Assembly (NCBI GenBank): GCA_013239625.1
Contig: MU053136.1
Coordinates: forward strand, 824,017-844,941
DNA length: 20,925 nt
Reading direction: 5' to 3'
From: Lama guanicoe
Taxonomy: Eukaryota
Part shown: one piece after another, positions 1 to 11,536 of the stretch
Numbering within the stretch: the stretch's first letter is position 1
Layout: each line of letters opens with the position of its first letter
Program-made: the position numbers and the translations under genes
Notes under the pieces: generated by a model
Told to the model about the DNA's origin: nothing
Seen by the model: the letters and a program-made list of their open reading frames with translations, nothing else
Database searches by the model: none

Positions 1-250
1 ACTGGATACAAAAGAACACATACTGTATGATTTCATCTACACAAAGCTTTAAAGAGACCAAACTAATCTGTGTTGCTACAAGTCAGACTGCTGGTTGCCT
101 TTGGGGAGGAGGTAGGGCTAACCACTGAGGAAGGTATTAGTGGGTTGTCTGTGGTGCTGGTAATGTTGTATTACTTGACAGATGTGGCTGTACAGAAGTG
201 CTAACTTGGTTAGTTCATATTTAAATTTTACCAGTTGTCAACAAAAAATT
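1..250 (+). mobile_element. Old L1M (L1MB/MC-like) 3' end
   Basis: atacaaaagaacacatactgtatgatttcat...aaactaatctgtg...agtcagactgctggttgcctttgggga...ggtgctggtaatgttgtattacttga, typical L1M 3'UTR motifs. Confidence 0.7.
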
Positions 251-539
251 CTTTTCCTGATTTTTTTTTTCCAAACCAGGTTCCCCCTTTGCTTCCCCAC
301 CAGATTGTATCAAACTTTGTATCACACACTAATGCTTTTGACTATGTCCACTTTGAGGGCTTCCAGTAAAAGCACGAGAGAATAATGAACAGCTGATTTG
401 CATATATATACTTTTTTACACCTTAGAGGCACATAGCACTCATAAGCATTAAGATCAACATTCTAGATCTAACTCATTCTTTTTGATAGGTGCATATGAC
501 ATAGCACATAAAAGGGCTTTAATTGGGATCCTGTGACAC

Positions 540-1230
540 GATTAGGACTGAGGTCCCCATTTCATTGCTTTCTTGATGGCTGTTAACCAGGGACCACTCA
601 GCAACTAGAGATGGTTCTCAAGTCCTAACCACGTGGCCCTCTCACAACAGAGTAGCTTCTGCTTCAAAGCCAGTAGGAGGATTTCCCTTGCTTTTCCCTG
701 AATCTCTGACTTCTTTTAAGAGGCTACGTAATTAATTCAAGCCCACCTACCTTAATCTCATTTTTTATGAATGAAAAGTCAGTTGACCAATAAGGTTATC
801 ATGGAAGTGAAATCTTTCCATACTCACAGACCGGCCCACACTCAAGCAGAGGCATTTATACCAGGCACATTCATCAGGGCCTGGGAGTCTTGAGGCCATG
901 TCAGAATTCTGCCGCTCCTCCCCACCCCTGCCCAGCCCCTAACAGGTAAAATACAGGTAAAATACAGTCACCCCTTCCCAGCGTTCCCAAGGGTCTCATC
1001 CTAATACAGCATGAGCTTGAAGTCCAGAACCTCCTCTAAATCTAAATCTCATCAGCTCAAAGTCCAAAATCTCTTCTAAATCAGGTGAAGACGCGGCCCC
1101 TGATTATAATCCATTAACTCACCTTCCTCTGTGGACCAAACTGAAGAACCAACTTACCTGCTCCCAAAGCTGCGGTGGGCCAGGTGCAAGGACAGCTGTA
1201 GGCGTTCTAGTGCCCAGCACAGAGGAAGGA
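540..1230 (-). mobile_element. MaLR element: MLT1-type LTR (~540-915) plus adjoining internal segment (~920-1230)
   Basis: LTR end gggagtcttgaggccatgtcagaattctgcc. A C-rich tract at 915-939 would be a purine-rich tract on the minus strand. Then aaaatacagtcaccccttccc...catcagctcaaagtccaaaatctcttctaaatcagg, resembling MLT1-int. Confidence 0.6.
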
Positions 1231-1379
1231 AGATGGGGGTCACGATTCTCAACCCACAGCCGCCTTCCACAGTGGTGAGAGTGCCCCTCTCTTCCCTGAG
1301 TACAGTAGTTGGATTGGGGGTTGGATTTTTTTTTTAAGAAAAAGTCCCCTCTGTGTTACCCTTAACTAAGAGGAAACCA

Positions 1380-1943
1380 ATAGGTAAATGGAGTAGAAAT
1401 CTATAAATAGATACAGATATAAATAGTAAATTTAATATACGGTAAAGTTCACATTTCAAATCACTGGCACAACTAGTTTTCCTCCAAAAGAACCCCAACC
1501 TAGTCTTCCTGTGTTACTTGTGTAGAAAAATACGTTTCAAATGTATTAAATTCACTAGATAATTAAAACACAAACATGGAGATTATTTAGATAATTTTGG
1601 GGTGAAGGAATATTTGCTTGGCAAAGTGAGAAACCTAGATGACAAAGAAAAAGACTGACAGACACGACCACAAACAAATGTACAAGTTTCTGTGTGACCA
1701 GCGATACCATAAAACATCAAAACACGGGTGAGAGACTGCCAGAAATACCTGTTCCACAGCGTGACAAAGGTTTAATTTCCATATTTTACAAATACCACCT
1801 ACAAATTGATAAAAAGATAACGGAAGAGAAAAGGGGCAAAGGCTAAAGAAAGCAGACATGGAAGAGACATCTAAAAATTCTGCAAAATTAAGAGAGAAAC
1901 ATCCAGTGGTAGTGGAAATAGGCACTTTTTGAACAAAGCTATT
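1380..1943 (+). mobile_element. Degraded L1M ORF2 3' fragment
   Basis: A-rich sequence with L1 ORF2-like motifs (ggggtgaaggaatatttgc...aaagaaaaagactgacagacacgaccac...gacaaaggtttaatttccatattttacaaatacc). Confidence 0.5.
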
Positions 1944-1960
1944 GGGAGTGTGAATTTCTT

Positions 1961-2185
1961 TATTTTTATTTGTATTTATTTTTCTAAATTGAAGTACAGT
2001 CAGTTACAGTGTGTCAATTTCTGGGGTACAGCATCATGTCCCAGTCACACATATACATACATATATTCATTTTCATATTCTTTTTCATTAAAGATTATTA
2101 CAAGATATTGAATATAGTTTCCTGTGATATTTGGAAGAAATTTGTTGTTTATGTATTTTTATATATAGTGGTTAACATTTGCAAA
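1961..2185 (-). mobile_element. 5'-truncated L1 3' end with 17-bp target-site duplication
   Basis: T-rich tail then aattgaagtacagtcagttacagtgtgtcaatttctggggtacagc, typical of an L1 3'UTR. TSD gggagtgtgaatttctt (1944-1960) and gggaatgtgaatttctt (2186-2202). Minus-strand TT|AAGA fits L1 endonuclease preference. Confidence 0.85.
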
Positions 2186-2226
2186 GGGAATGTGAATTTC
2201 TTAAACTTACGAAAAGTAATGCGGGA

Positions 2227-2707
2227 TGTGGAAGATGGTCTACAAGCCTGCCAGCTTTGATTCCTCTCCTCCTTGTAAATGTTGTCAGGCCTTGAGCCTT
2301 GTTTTCACCAGGAACGTGGCAGAGAAGACAGCACACCTGTTCCTGGCCTTGCCTTTAAAAGGACTGACAGATTCTATTTCTTCCTTACGTGAAGCCAGCT
2401 TTTATGTAAGGGGTGTGACTATCCCGAGACTACAGTGTTGTGAGCATCCCAAGCCACCCCCGTGGAGAGGGGAGCCTTGTGCAAGGGCACCAAGGCACCA
2501 GACACGTGAGTGAAGCTTCTTGGATCATCCGGGTGGCACGGTTGCCAGCAGAGGAAGTCAGGTGACTGACCCCCACTGGAGCCTCGTGGAGCCACCTAGC
2601 AGAACCCTGCTTGATTTCCTGGCCTCAAAATTGTGAGAAATCACAAAGCATTGTTGTTTTAGGCCACTAAGTTTTAGGGTAGTTTGTCACACAGAAACAT
2701 ATAACAA
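2227..2707 (+). mobile_element. MLT1 (G/H-like) MaLR solo LTR
   Basis: Starts tgtgg, contains caccagacacgtgagtgaagc, and ends with the diagnostic ttgttgttttaggccactaagttttagggtagtttgtcacacag..ataac. Confidence 0.75.
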
Positions 2708-2744
2708 AGCGCAGGAGCACCTGTTAAAATAAAATAAAAAAAAA

Positions 2745-3220
2745 CTTTTTGACCCAGCAAACCCACTTTTAGGAATCTATCCTTCAGAAATAACAACATG
2801 ATTGGAAACCACCTCCAAGTCTATCGAGTGGAATATGGTTACATAGGTTTTGGTACACCCGTATCATGGAATATTTGATATCATTAATAAGAATTCATTG
2901 ATCTCTGTGGAAATATTCATGATTTACTGTTAAACTAAAAAAACAGGTTGCAAAATAATATGTATATTATGATCACATTTTAAAAGATTAAAACTAATAT
3001 CTATGCATACAAGCTCATTTATGTTTTATGATCTTAGAGAAAAGTATACGCTATTTGCCTAAAATGGTTAACAGTGGCTTTCTGGGAGGAGTGAGCACAG
3101 GGTGAATTCTGGAGGTAGACTGTAGTCCTGAGAACCTTTATATGCTTGTGTTATTGGGTTGTTGCAAGGAAAAAAGCAATTTTTGTTGTTTGAAAGAAAA
3201 ATCCAATAAACCATTTAAAT
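2745..3220 (+). mobile_element. Old L1ME-like 3' fragment
   Basis: tttgacccagcaaacccacttttaggaatctatcct...aaaaaacaggttgcaaaataatatgtatattatgatcacatttt...aaaatggttaacagtggctttctggg. Confidence 0.65.
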
Positions 3221-3329
3221 AAAAAGAATCAAAGAAACCCAAACATATTCTTGTGAAAAGGAAAACATAGGTATAGAAATACCTAAACCAGAAAGAAAAA
3301 TAATCAGGTCATCCTCTTAACTCAGATTA

Positions 3330-3853
3330 TGAAACCAAGTCCCCCTAAAACCGAGTTCCCTTACGAAGTTTACGATTCATCTCTTTAGCTAAAGCTTTAT
3401 CTCCTTTCTTGTCCCCTCTGACCTCAATTCTGTGGTCAGAATCAGAGTCAGATGACTACAACTGTTGTCAGTTGTACTGTTAGGTACTAAAATTGCCGTT
3501 ATAGATGTGTCATCAGTAATGTACAAACTCAGGTTATTTCTTCAGGGCAAGATGATCTCATAGACCCTCCAGTCATGGACCATCTGGCTGGAGAATCATA
3601 AACCAGAGACATCCTGACTCCCGAAAACATGATTAAGAAATGTCACAAGAAGATGTTTAACCCCAGCCTGTTCTTACCCTTTAAAAAAAAAAACCAAACC
3701 CTAACTTGAAGATCCCGGGGAAGTGCATCTGAGGCTTATAACTCCCACCCCTTTGCTTGGAGCCCTGCAATAAGCCTTACTTTGCTGTAGGCTCCTGCTG
3801 TCAGAGTTTGGCTTTCTTGTGTCTCGGGCACATGATCCCTTTGCTCTGTTACA
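3330..3853 (+). mobile_element. Putative ERV1-class solo LTR
   Basis: TG...CA termini (tgaaacc...tgttaca) with near 4-bp TSD atta/gtta. Internal TATA-like ctttaaaa (~3679), variant poly(A) signal aataag (3769-3774), and a U5-like tail (gtcagagtttggctttc). Confidence 0.55.
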
Positions 3854-3859
3854 GTTAGA

Positions 3860-4175
3860 CTAACCTGCTTTATTCACTTAACAATAATACATCAAGGGCA
3901 CCTTTCTGTGTCAATAAAAATCCTTCCCAACAACCCCTGTTAATGTTTTCGGGATACTCCATTGTTTGCTATATTGTAAAGTATTCAGTCAATTTCTTAT
4001 TCTTAGAGTTACATTACCTTTAGTTTTTCTGGTTATAAACCACAATGGTTACCCTGTATATACATCTTTACCCACTTGTCTTAGAAGTGAAATTGCTGTC
4101 AAGGATGTGCATATTGCTAATATGCCTTCTGCAAAGACTACAGCAGTTTATGTTCCCATCAGCAGTTTATGGCAG
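3860..4175 (-). mobile_element. Old L1ME-like fragment
   Basis: ttattcacttaacaataatac...tttctgtgtcaataaa...agaagtgaaattgctgtcaaggatgtgcatatt...tttatgttcccatcagcagtttatg. Confidence 0.6.
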
Positions 4176-5300
4176 GAGCCTAAAGAAGTATCTGACTAAT
4201 CATTCTTCATGAAAGCAGCAAAAAAAGATTTACTTAGATGAGCAGTTGGCAACGTTTTCACGTTGCTGTGCTGTACAAAGGATGTGGGTAGAACTCCAGT
4301 TATTGTGCATTCAGACACCATAATTCCTACTGACACACTGGGGGTGGGAAGGGTCACAAGAGGTTAGCCTAAAAGTCAGAAAATGAAAACAAATCTTTTG
4401 CACCGAGACTGAGGAGAGGAGATACACCAAAGCCTGGTTGATGCCTGCTTGGTTGGATGACTTGCAGTGCCATCTTCTGGCAGAGAAGCCAAAAACGTTC
4501 AATTTCCACGCTAGCAATAAAATATTTCTTTTAAGGACGACTACAGCAAAGGCTGGCAGGAGAACCCAGAGAAGTCTTAGGTGTTGGTGTGTTGGGGAGG
4601 GGCACAAGGGGGAAGAGAGCGGACTTCTTTGAAGCAAAGATCTGATTCATTTACATCGAAGTCTCTGGCAAAACCTGCAGTGTCTCCACCAGGCTACATT
4701 CAGCACATACAACAGGTGTGACCTGGAGAGTAACTAAGGTGCATTCACCCACCACCCTCCTCCAGCTTCTCGCTGGGATTCTCCAGGATCTCGGGGTCAC
4801 TCTAGGGGAGGCACATTAGCCAGAGGGCTACTCAGGACGACACCGCACTTGATCCCTTATTACCGTAAAGTCTGTTTCTATCTTTCAGAGTTCTGCAGTG
4901 AAGACATATACATAGACCACCAAACCTTTCTATATACCGGCAAGGAATGCTCACAGCCATTGGATGTAAAGGTATAGAAAACCACATCATACCTTTAAAA
5001 AAAATTCAAGACAGAAATAGTTTCTTGTTTTAATCATCCAAAATATGCTAGGAAAAGGCTTGCTTTTCAAAGCAAACTAGTTTTTAAAATGTGGCATCCC
5101 TAAGTAACAGGCCTCAAAGATTGAAAAAAAAAAGTCCGTTTTTCTGTGCATTATGTGCAGGGCAAATTTATCACATCCTCTACCCCAATTCACCTTGTAT
5201 CAATGAGTTCTGGCCCCTGGGTCGGCCTCACTCCTGCAGCTTCAGACTGCAGGCTCCTTTTCTTCTCTGCTGCTCCCTGCAGCCTCCTGCACCTGCAGAG

Positions 5301-5340
5301 CCCCGCCCCCGCCCGGCCGCTCCTTCCCGGCCGCCCCCGC
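5301..5340 (-). promoter_or_regulatory. Clustered Sp/KLF GC boxes
   Basis: ccccgcccccgccc at 5301-5314 and ccgcccccgc at 5331-5340 (GGGGCGGGG on the minus strand). Confidence 0.6.
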
Positions 5341-5361
5341 TCTGTGCAGGCTTCCGCTCGC

Positions 5362-5369
5362 TGACGTCA
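5362..5369. promoter_or_regulatory. Full palindromic CRE (CREB/ATF site)
   Basis: TGACGTCA at 5362-5369, inside the CpG island just downstream of the GC boxes. Confidence 0.65.
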
Positions 5370-7489
5370 CACGCCCGCGCCCGGGACGCCCCGCTCTCTG
5401 CACTGGCTCCAGATTTGGGGCTCCTGCTGTGGAATGCGGAGTTGGGGTCTCCGCGCGCTTCCCCGCGTGTCCCGGGACACAGCGCCCCACGGCGTGGCGA
5501 GGCGGGGGCACGAGCCGGCAGGTAGCGCCCAGTCCTCGTGCACCAGCCCCGCTGGGCCGCCTGCCGCCGCCTCTGAGAAGTTGGGGGTGGCGCCGGGGCA
5601 CTCCCCACGCTGTGTTGCCAGGGGCTCGGAAACTGGTTTGTTTCGTCGGGCGGCGCGGACCGGTCCCCCGGGGCGTTGGCGGGCGGTGCGGACCGCAGCC
5701 GGAGGGCCGGCCGGGGCTGCTGTCGGCGCGAGGACCGTGCGCCCCGGGTGGCGGACCTGGCTTCTTCAGGATGAGCTTCTCAGAGCGCGGGAGGGGCCCC
5801 CTGCCTCGCTGAGTCCGGGGGGAACGGCTTCCCGAAAGTGCTTCCCGACCGCCGCGGTTACGCGGCCGACGCCCTGGGTCGTTGAGGTGGGTGCGCCGGG
5901 AAGGCGGTGATGTGCCGAACAGTGAAGTCATTCAGCAAGTGCGGGGACCTTGCCTAGACTTCCTTACGTAGAGGTTGCTGGGGTCCTCACCTTAAGTGCA
6001 CGCGTCTCATTAAATTAAAATGTTGGTTCTAAGGAATGGAATGTATTACTGAGCAGCCCTTGGACGTTCTTTAAAAAGCTGTAGCGATAATGAGATTGAA
6101 ATAACATTACAAGTGTTACTGTTGATAAGAAGTTGTTTGCATTGCTTATGCATTGTCTCCGATCTTAAATTGCATATACGTTTTATTTAGAAAGTGAATA
6201 GCAGGTAACTGGTTAGCTTGTAATCCTACATTCCAGTTTCCATAATTTGAAACAGTTTCTGTAAGTAAGGCATGAAAAGTTCTACTTTTGGAGTTCATCA
6301 TAACTTTTTTAAATAGAGGCCTAATTTTTATTCTTAAATGTAAGATCCACCCCCAAGAAGAAATTTTTTATTGCCGTGGTAAGTTGCATCAGAAATAATT
6401 ACGAAGGATGAAAAGTGATACCCACTCTATGCTAATGATAGCCTTTTCTTGTGATGCAGGATTGTAGAGAGGATGGAGGAAAGCCAAAGGAGGAGTCGTT
6501 CTTTGTTTTTACTTTAGGTCTGTCTGATATTAGAGGATCCTCAGATGTGTTTGGTTTTAGATTGCCCATTGTTCTCAGTGAAAGCTAAGAAGCCTATGTT
6601 GTGGGAAAACAGGTTTTTGCACAAGAGTCACCATTAGAAGTTTAGAAGAGATTATGGAACTTGGCCACAGGAGTTCTTTTGAGGTCATTTTAATAATGCA
6701 TTGACATTGTGTTCCAGGTACATTTTACTCTGTCTAACCTTCTACCTTCTAATCTGAGTCTTGACATGACACCATTTCGGGAACATAAACCCGTTATTTA
6801 CACTTTGATACTTTCCACCAGGGAAGCTGTTAGTTGTTGTCTGAGTAGTCTGACAGCGAGGAAAAGACGTAACAGAGAAGAAAATCAAATATTTTGAAAA
6901 AAAGTCTAATAGGAATCCTGTTTTCTCTTTCTCAAATGATGAGAAATAAGGCAGGAACTTGTCCTCACTGAGGAGATAAGTTGACCCTCTCCCACAATCC
7001 CAAATGGTGTTTATTATTTGGGGAGAACTGTATGTATGGACTGTAGTTGCATGCAGTACCACAAGGACTTTTTGAAATCTGTTCTTTCCCAGTGTTTCCC
7101 TTCAGGACAACTTGCTTGTCCATCCGATAGCTGAAACAGCTGAGGAGGCTCACATCCCAGATTGGTGAGGTTACTGTTTTTCATCCATATCCTCTGACAT
7201 TTTTCATCTGTGGTGTAGAAAATTTTATTATGTCAAACATTGTTTATGTGTGGCTTACGGACAGTGTTAGTAAAATGTGAGGAAGGGTATCTAACTTGAC
7301 TAGAGGCTAAGACCTCTTTTCTGGAGCATAGTTGACATACTTGAATGATACTGTATAGAAAAATTTTGAATGTCAGGGTTAGAAGTTTGGAAATGGGGGA
7401 CTGTTCAAGAATGTTAACCAAGGAATTGATGTAGCTAGCATCCTTCCTGCTTCTTTTTATCAGTGTTTATTATTGTTTTTAAATTTAAA

Positions 7490-7905
7490 TTTTATTGTTT
7501 TGAATAGGTAATACATTCATATTGTTTACAATTCAGAAGGTACAAAAGATTGAAAAATCTTCTTGACCACTCAGTTCTCCTCCCTGAAGGCAGCCAGTAT
7601 TACCAGTTTGTTGTGTATCCCTGCAGGGATACTGCTCACGTACACAGGCAGTTGCGTGTGTTTGTATAAGTATAAGGGTTACATACATGCGTGCACACGT
7701 AAGTAAAGGTAGGTGTAAACATACACGAATTTATTTCCTTTTATTATGGAAATAATAGTATGTCATTTTTTATTCTGATACTTAGAAATGAATCCATATC
7801 AATGTGAATGTTGCTTCTTTCTCTTTGACTTGTTTATGGATACTTAAGTTTTGCCATTTCAAACGGTGCCGCAGAGGATAACTCTGCATAGGTATAATTT
7901 TTGTG
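7490..7905 (-). mobile_element. Old L1M 3' end fragment
   Basis: ttgaataggtaatacattcatattgtttacaattcagaaggtacaaaag...ctcctccctgaaggcagccagtattaccagtttgttgtgtatcc. Confidence 0.6.
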
Positions 7906-8587
7906 CATTTGGAAATTGTTAGAGACCTTAAGATACTGGCAGGCTGGTATAGTGATTTCCCCTGATGTTAGAAGCAGAAGTGTGGAAAGGATATTTATTT
8001 ATAATTGGGATTTCTTACAGTAATGAACTTAGAACAGCATTCACATGTGTCTTCAGTTACATGTTATGATGATTTTGGTTGTGTAAGCCTTTAGTACATT
8101 TGTTGTTACCTTTTATTTCATTTGGTTCAAAAAATCTAAGATTGTAATTTAGTGGAGAAGTCTCATGACTAGGAAGTAAGTACCTTCCTAGTTAGAGATG
8201 CTGCGAAACCCTGAAAGTAATCCGTCTTCTCATGTTTTCTCTTTCTCTTCCTCTGGTGTCCTGTACTAGTCTCGTGTAGATGCTGCAGAAAAGGAGGGAT
8301 TGTTGGTTCCTCTGAAACTCACCTGCCACAGGTCTTTCATTGTTCAGAAAGGTGTCTGCACTGGACATTATTTGGTGACAATTAGGGTCATCTTTCTTTG
8401 CTACCAGGGCAGTGGATCCTCGCCCACTTCCCTGAGGCAATGGAACACACTGCTAGTAATGTGTAGATGGTAGAACTCAGTGTACAGCCTCTGGTCTTGT
8501 TAGTGTGGCCCCTCAAAAGGAATTGGCAGCTAAATTTGGAGGGAGGGTCAAATGGAAGACTACTTTTGTTTTTCTTTCTTGGCAAAC

Positions 8588-8646
8588 ATCACAGAATAAT
8601 GATGGTTGTATAATAATCACAGAATAATGATGGTTGTATAATCACA
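8588..8646. repeat. 28-bp-period tandem duplication
   Basis: atcacagaataatgatggttgtataat occurs identically at 8588-8614 and 8616-8642, followed by a partial atcaca. Confidence 0.9.
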
Positions 8647-9319
8647 TTATATGGTTATTACTTAATGTAATTTGGTTTATGAAATTTAGTTTTCTCAGAT
8701 GAGTTTATACTTTTTCCAAGTAGCGTGGTAATGTATTTTGTCCTGGAGATATCATTAACTTCCGGCTGGTACCCAGATAGCTGTTGTATTATGTCATTTG
8801 ACCAAGCGTGAGCTTGAAAGTATGTTTGGAATGATTTTTCTTCTTTTACTCACTAGTGATGCTTCAGTGCTATTGTAATAGTTAATTTTTGGTTTCTTTT
8901 AAAGTTGATAAAAGCTTTGACATTTTTTATAGAAATTTTGAAAGAGAAAAGTTTTTGAAGGCAGAAGAAGGCTCTTTCCCACAAATGTCTATGAAGCGTC
9001 TTTATCCCATGATTTTACCACGGGCAGAGTTCTGGCTGTTCGTCTCACAGGCTCAGGATATGAATTTCATCATTTAAGGAGACTGGATCATTTTTTCAGA
9101 GGTCAAATAAAATTAAACTTACTGTTAATGGATGAAAACAGAACCTGGATTTGTTAATTTACAGTGAGAGGTATGGTAAACTCTCAGAAATCTAATACAG
9201 TCTTCATGACAAACCCATTTTTCTCCTTTTAAAAGGGAATCCTACATAGAAAGCCTGGTTGCTATGGGATGGAAGTAGAAAAGAGCAAGTTAAGTGCATC
9301 AGTAGTTTTCACATCATTT

Positions 9320-9785
9320 ATTTATACTTTATTTATTGTTTCATTGAAGGATAGCTGACTTATTGTATTAGTTCCAGGTGCACACACAGTGATTTGATTT
9401 TTTTATGCATTACAAAGTGATCACCATGACAAGTCTAGTTACCACCTGTCACCACACAGAGGTCTTACAGTGCTGTTGACTGTATTCCCTGTGCTGTACG
9501 TTACATCCTCATGACTTATTTATTTTAGAGCTGAAAGTTTGTACCTCCTGATCTCCCTAACCTAATTTGTTCATCCCTCAACCACCACCCCTCTGGCAGC
9601 CACCAGTTTATTCTCTGTGTCTATGAGTCTGTTTATCTTCTGTTATGTTTCTTCATTTGTTTTCTTTTTCAGATTCCACGGATAGGTGAAGTCATATGCC
9701 ATTTGTCTTTCTCTGTAGATCTATCAATGTTGCAGATAGCAAAATTTCATTCTTTTTGTGGGTGAGTAATATTCCAGTGTGTGTG
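9320..9785 (-). mobile_element. L1 3' end (L1MA-like)
   Basis: ttgaaggatagctgac...ttccaggtgcacacacagtgatttg...agattccacggataggtgaagtcatatgccatttgtctttctctg, a characteristic L1 3'UTR in antisense orientation. Confidence 0.8.
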
Positions 9786-9829
9786 TGAAAAATTAATAAA
9801 TTGTTCATATTAAAATAAACTTATATTTA

Positions 9830-10625
9830 AATAAAATTGAAAGGCAAATGACATATAAGCAAAAAAATTTGATAGAAAAGGGCTAACATTTTCATTAAAG
9901 AAGAAGCCTTTTTACAAACTAATAAAAAGTAGACCATCCCAGTAGGAAATGGACAAAAAACCTGAATAAATAGTTCAAAAGAGAAGAAATATAAATGTAG
10001 AAGAATTTTTCAAATTCATTGGTAAGCCAAACAGCTTCACATAAAAATGAGGCTCTCTTTCCCCTGTCAAAGGCAGTGAGTAACAGTAACAACAGACAGT
10101 GACACCGGGTTCCCGTGCGCCAGGGCTGTGCTCAGCGCCGTGCTGACGTTGACCAGTCCTCCAGTGCTTCTGAAAGTCAGCTGTTGTTGCCCACATCACA
10201 CAGGTGAACAGACCGAGCTGCTTAGAAAGGAGTGACTGTCCAAGGTCACGTAAGAAAAAAGTGTCAAAGCCAAGATTTAAACCCAGGCTCCCTGACTCAA
10301 AGGTTTTAGTGCTTTAACTGTTACCCTTTATTGCCTCTCAGAGATTATAATAACCAATGTGAAAGGAGTACATGGAGCAGGCACTTTTTGTTCACTGCTG
10401 ATCAGAATGTTAGTTAGAAAACATTTCTGTGAGATAGGTAAGCAGTACGGTTGGAAACTAGCAGGTGCCTCTTCTTTGAATTGGGAGTTTATCCTAAGGA
10501 AATCTTTATAATAAGTGCATAAAAATGTACAGAAATTTCATCTGAAGTCCTTTTATAATAGCAAGCACTGTAAACACCTAAAATGTCTAGTAAGAGGGTA
10601 TTAGTTACATAACTTTAGGAAATAC
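9830..10625 (+). mobile_element. Old L1M ORF2/3' fragment, interrupted by a MIR
   Basis: aaaggcaaatgaca...cccagtaggaaatggacaaaaaacctgaataaatagttcaaaagagaagaaatataaatg, resuming after 10330 with gagcaggcactttttgttcactgctg...gggagtttatcctaaggaaat...taaacacctaaaatgtctag. Confidence 0.55.
10080..10326 (-). mobile_element. MIR SINE
   Basis: gtgcgccagggctgtgctcagcgc...acaggtgaacagaccgagctgcttagaaaggagtgactgtccaaggtcac...gccaagatttaaacccaggctccctgactc, the MIR core in antisense. Confidence 0.75.
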
Positions 10626-11016
10626 TCTTATTAAGCTTGTATTCTTAGGGGAGATAATAAAGCAATCTGGCTAATTAGTTCATGTGGGAAAAGGTTTGCT
10701 GCTTTCTCCAGGTACATGAGGTATGTGTGGTGTTTGACTTTCCAGGGTATTCCTATAAAATTGATAAAATTGAAATGCCACTTTTTTTCTCTTTTTTCAT
10801 ATTTCTAGGTTGCATGAGTAAAATTGAAATAAAGCTTATTTAACTTTCAGTAAAGATTTTATGTACCTTTTTTTTTAAGAAACCAAATCACTAAGGAATT
10901 AGAATTTGAATTAACTGTTATAATTGTTACGGATGACATGCTTTAATCACTGTTCACTGTTACTCTTTTTTTCCTTTGTGATGTCTAGCACATCGTTAAG
11001 ATGCCTTAGAAGAACC

Positions 11017-11133
11017 ATGGAGAGATATGTCAGAGGACAGAAGTTTGGAGAAGGCTCATTCGGAAAAGCCGTTCTTGTTAAATCCACAGAAGATGGCAGG
11101 CAGTGTGTTATCAATGAAATTAACATCTCAAGG
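11017..11133 (+). pseudogene. NEK1: NEK1 pseudo-exon A (first coding exon, 117 coding nt, aa 1-39)
   Basis: ATG in good Kozak context (accATGg). Gly-rich loop GEGSFG is intact. VIK lysine codon is AAT (Asn) at 11113-11115. Canonical donor GTAAGT at 11134. Nearest upstream AG is 10987-10988, but the exon start is uncertain. Confidence 0.93.
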
Positions 11134-11536
11134 GTAAGTATGTTTTCCCTTTGGTTCTTCAAGTAGAAACCTGGTTACAAAAGGGCTCATTGTTAGAGAC
11201 TCTCAAAAAAATATATGGCAATACATAACCTAAAGTGAAAGACTGTCATGATCGCAGAGAGAACCAGCGTTTCAGAATAGTTTGTAAATCCTTTCAGATT
11301 TTTTTCTATGATGTGTGCTATGTTTGTGTTTAAAAAAGATGCAGCAGCTACTGTTCTGAAACTTAATCTAATTTGAACACCTTAAAATGTCTTGTGGATT
11401 CAACTCATTCTTTTCAGCTTCTTACTATTTGGACTCTCTTTATTGGTAGCTTTATTTGTAACCACTCTCTTTTTAATGGACTTTAGGTTGCGTGTAGATG
11501 GTTCCATTGACTGTTTCCTCTTCCCTCCTGTTTCAG

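Larger units (their letters stand above)
5290..5950. promoter_or_regulatory. CpG island; putative NEK1 promoter and 5'UTR first-exon region
   Basis: Abrupt GC-rich, CpG-dense block in AT-rich surroundings, about 5 kb upstream of the ATG exon. Segments such as ggggctcggaaactggtttgtttcgtcggg resemble the human NEK1 5'UTR as recalled (not aligned). Confidence 0.85.

Noticed and set aside
5091..5931. Six overlapping ORFs (72-229 aa) on both strands
   Set aside because: Arg/Pro/Gly/Ala-rich, low-complexity translations expected from a stop-poor CpG island; no recognisable domain.
9258..9271. RFX X-box-like GTTGCTATGGGATG (and half-site GTTGCCAGG at ~5614)
   Set aside because: Tempting for a ciliary gene, but the second half-site is poor and there is no conservation evidence.
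10924..11166. 80-aa ORF as a standalone gene
   Set aside because: Only 11017-11133 is NEK1 exon; the rest is UTR or intron read-through past the GTAAGT donor.
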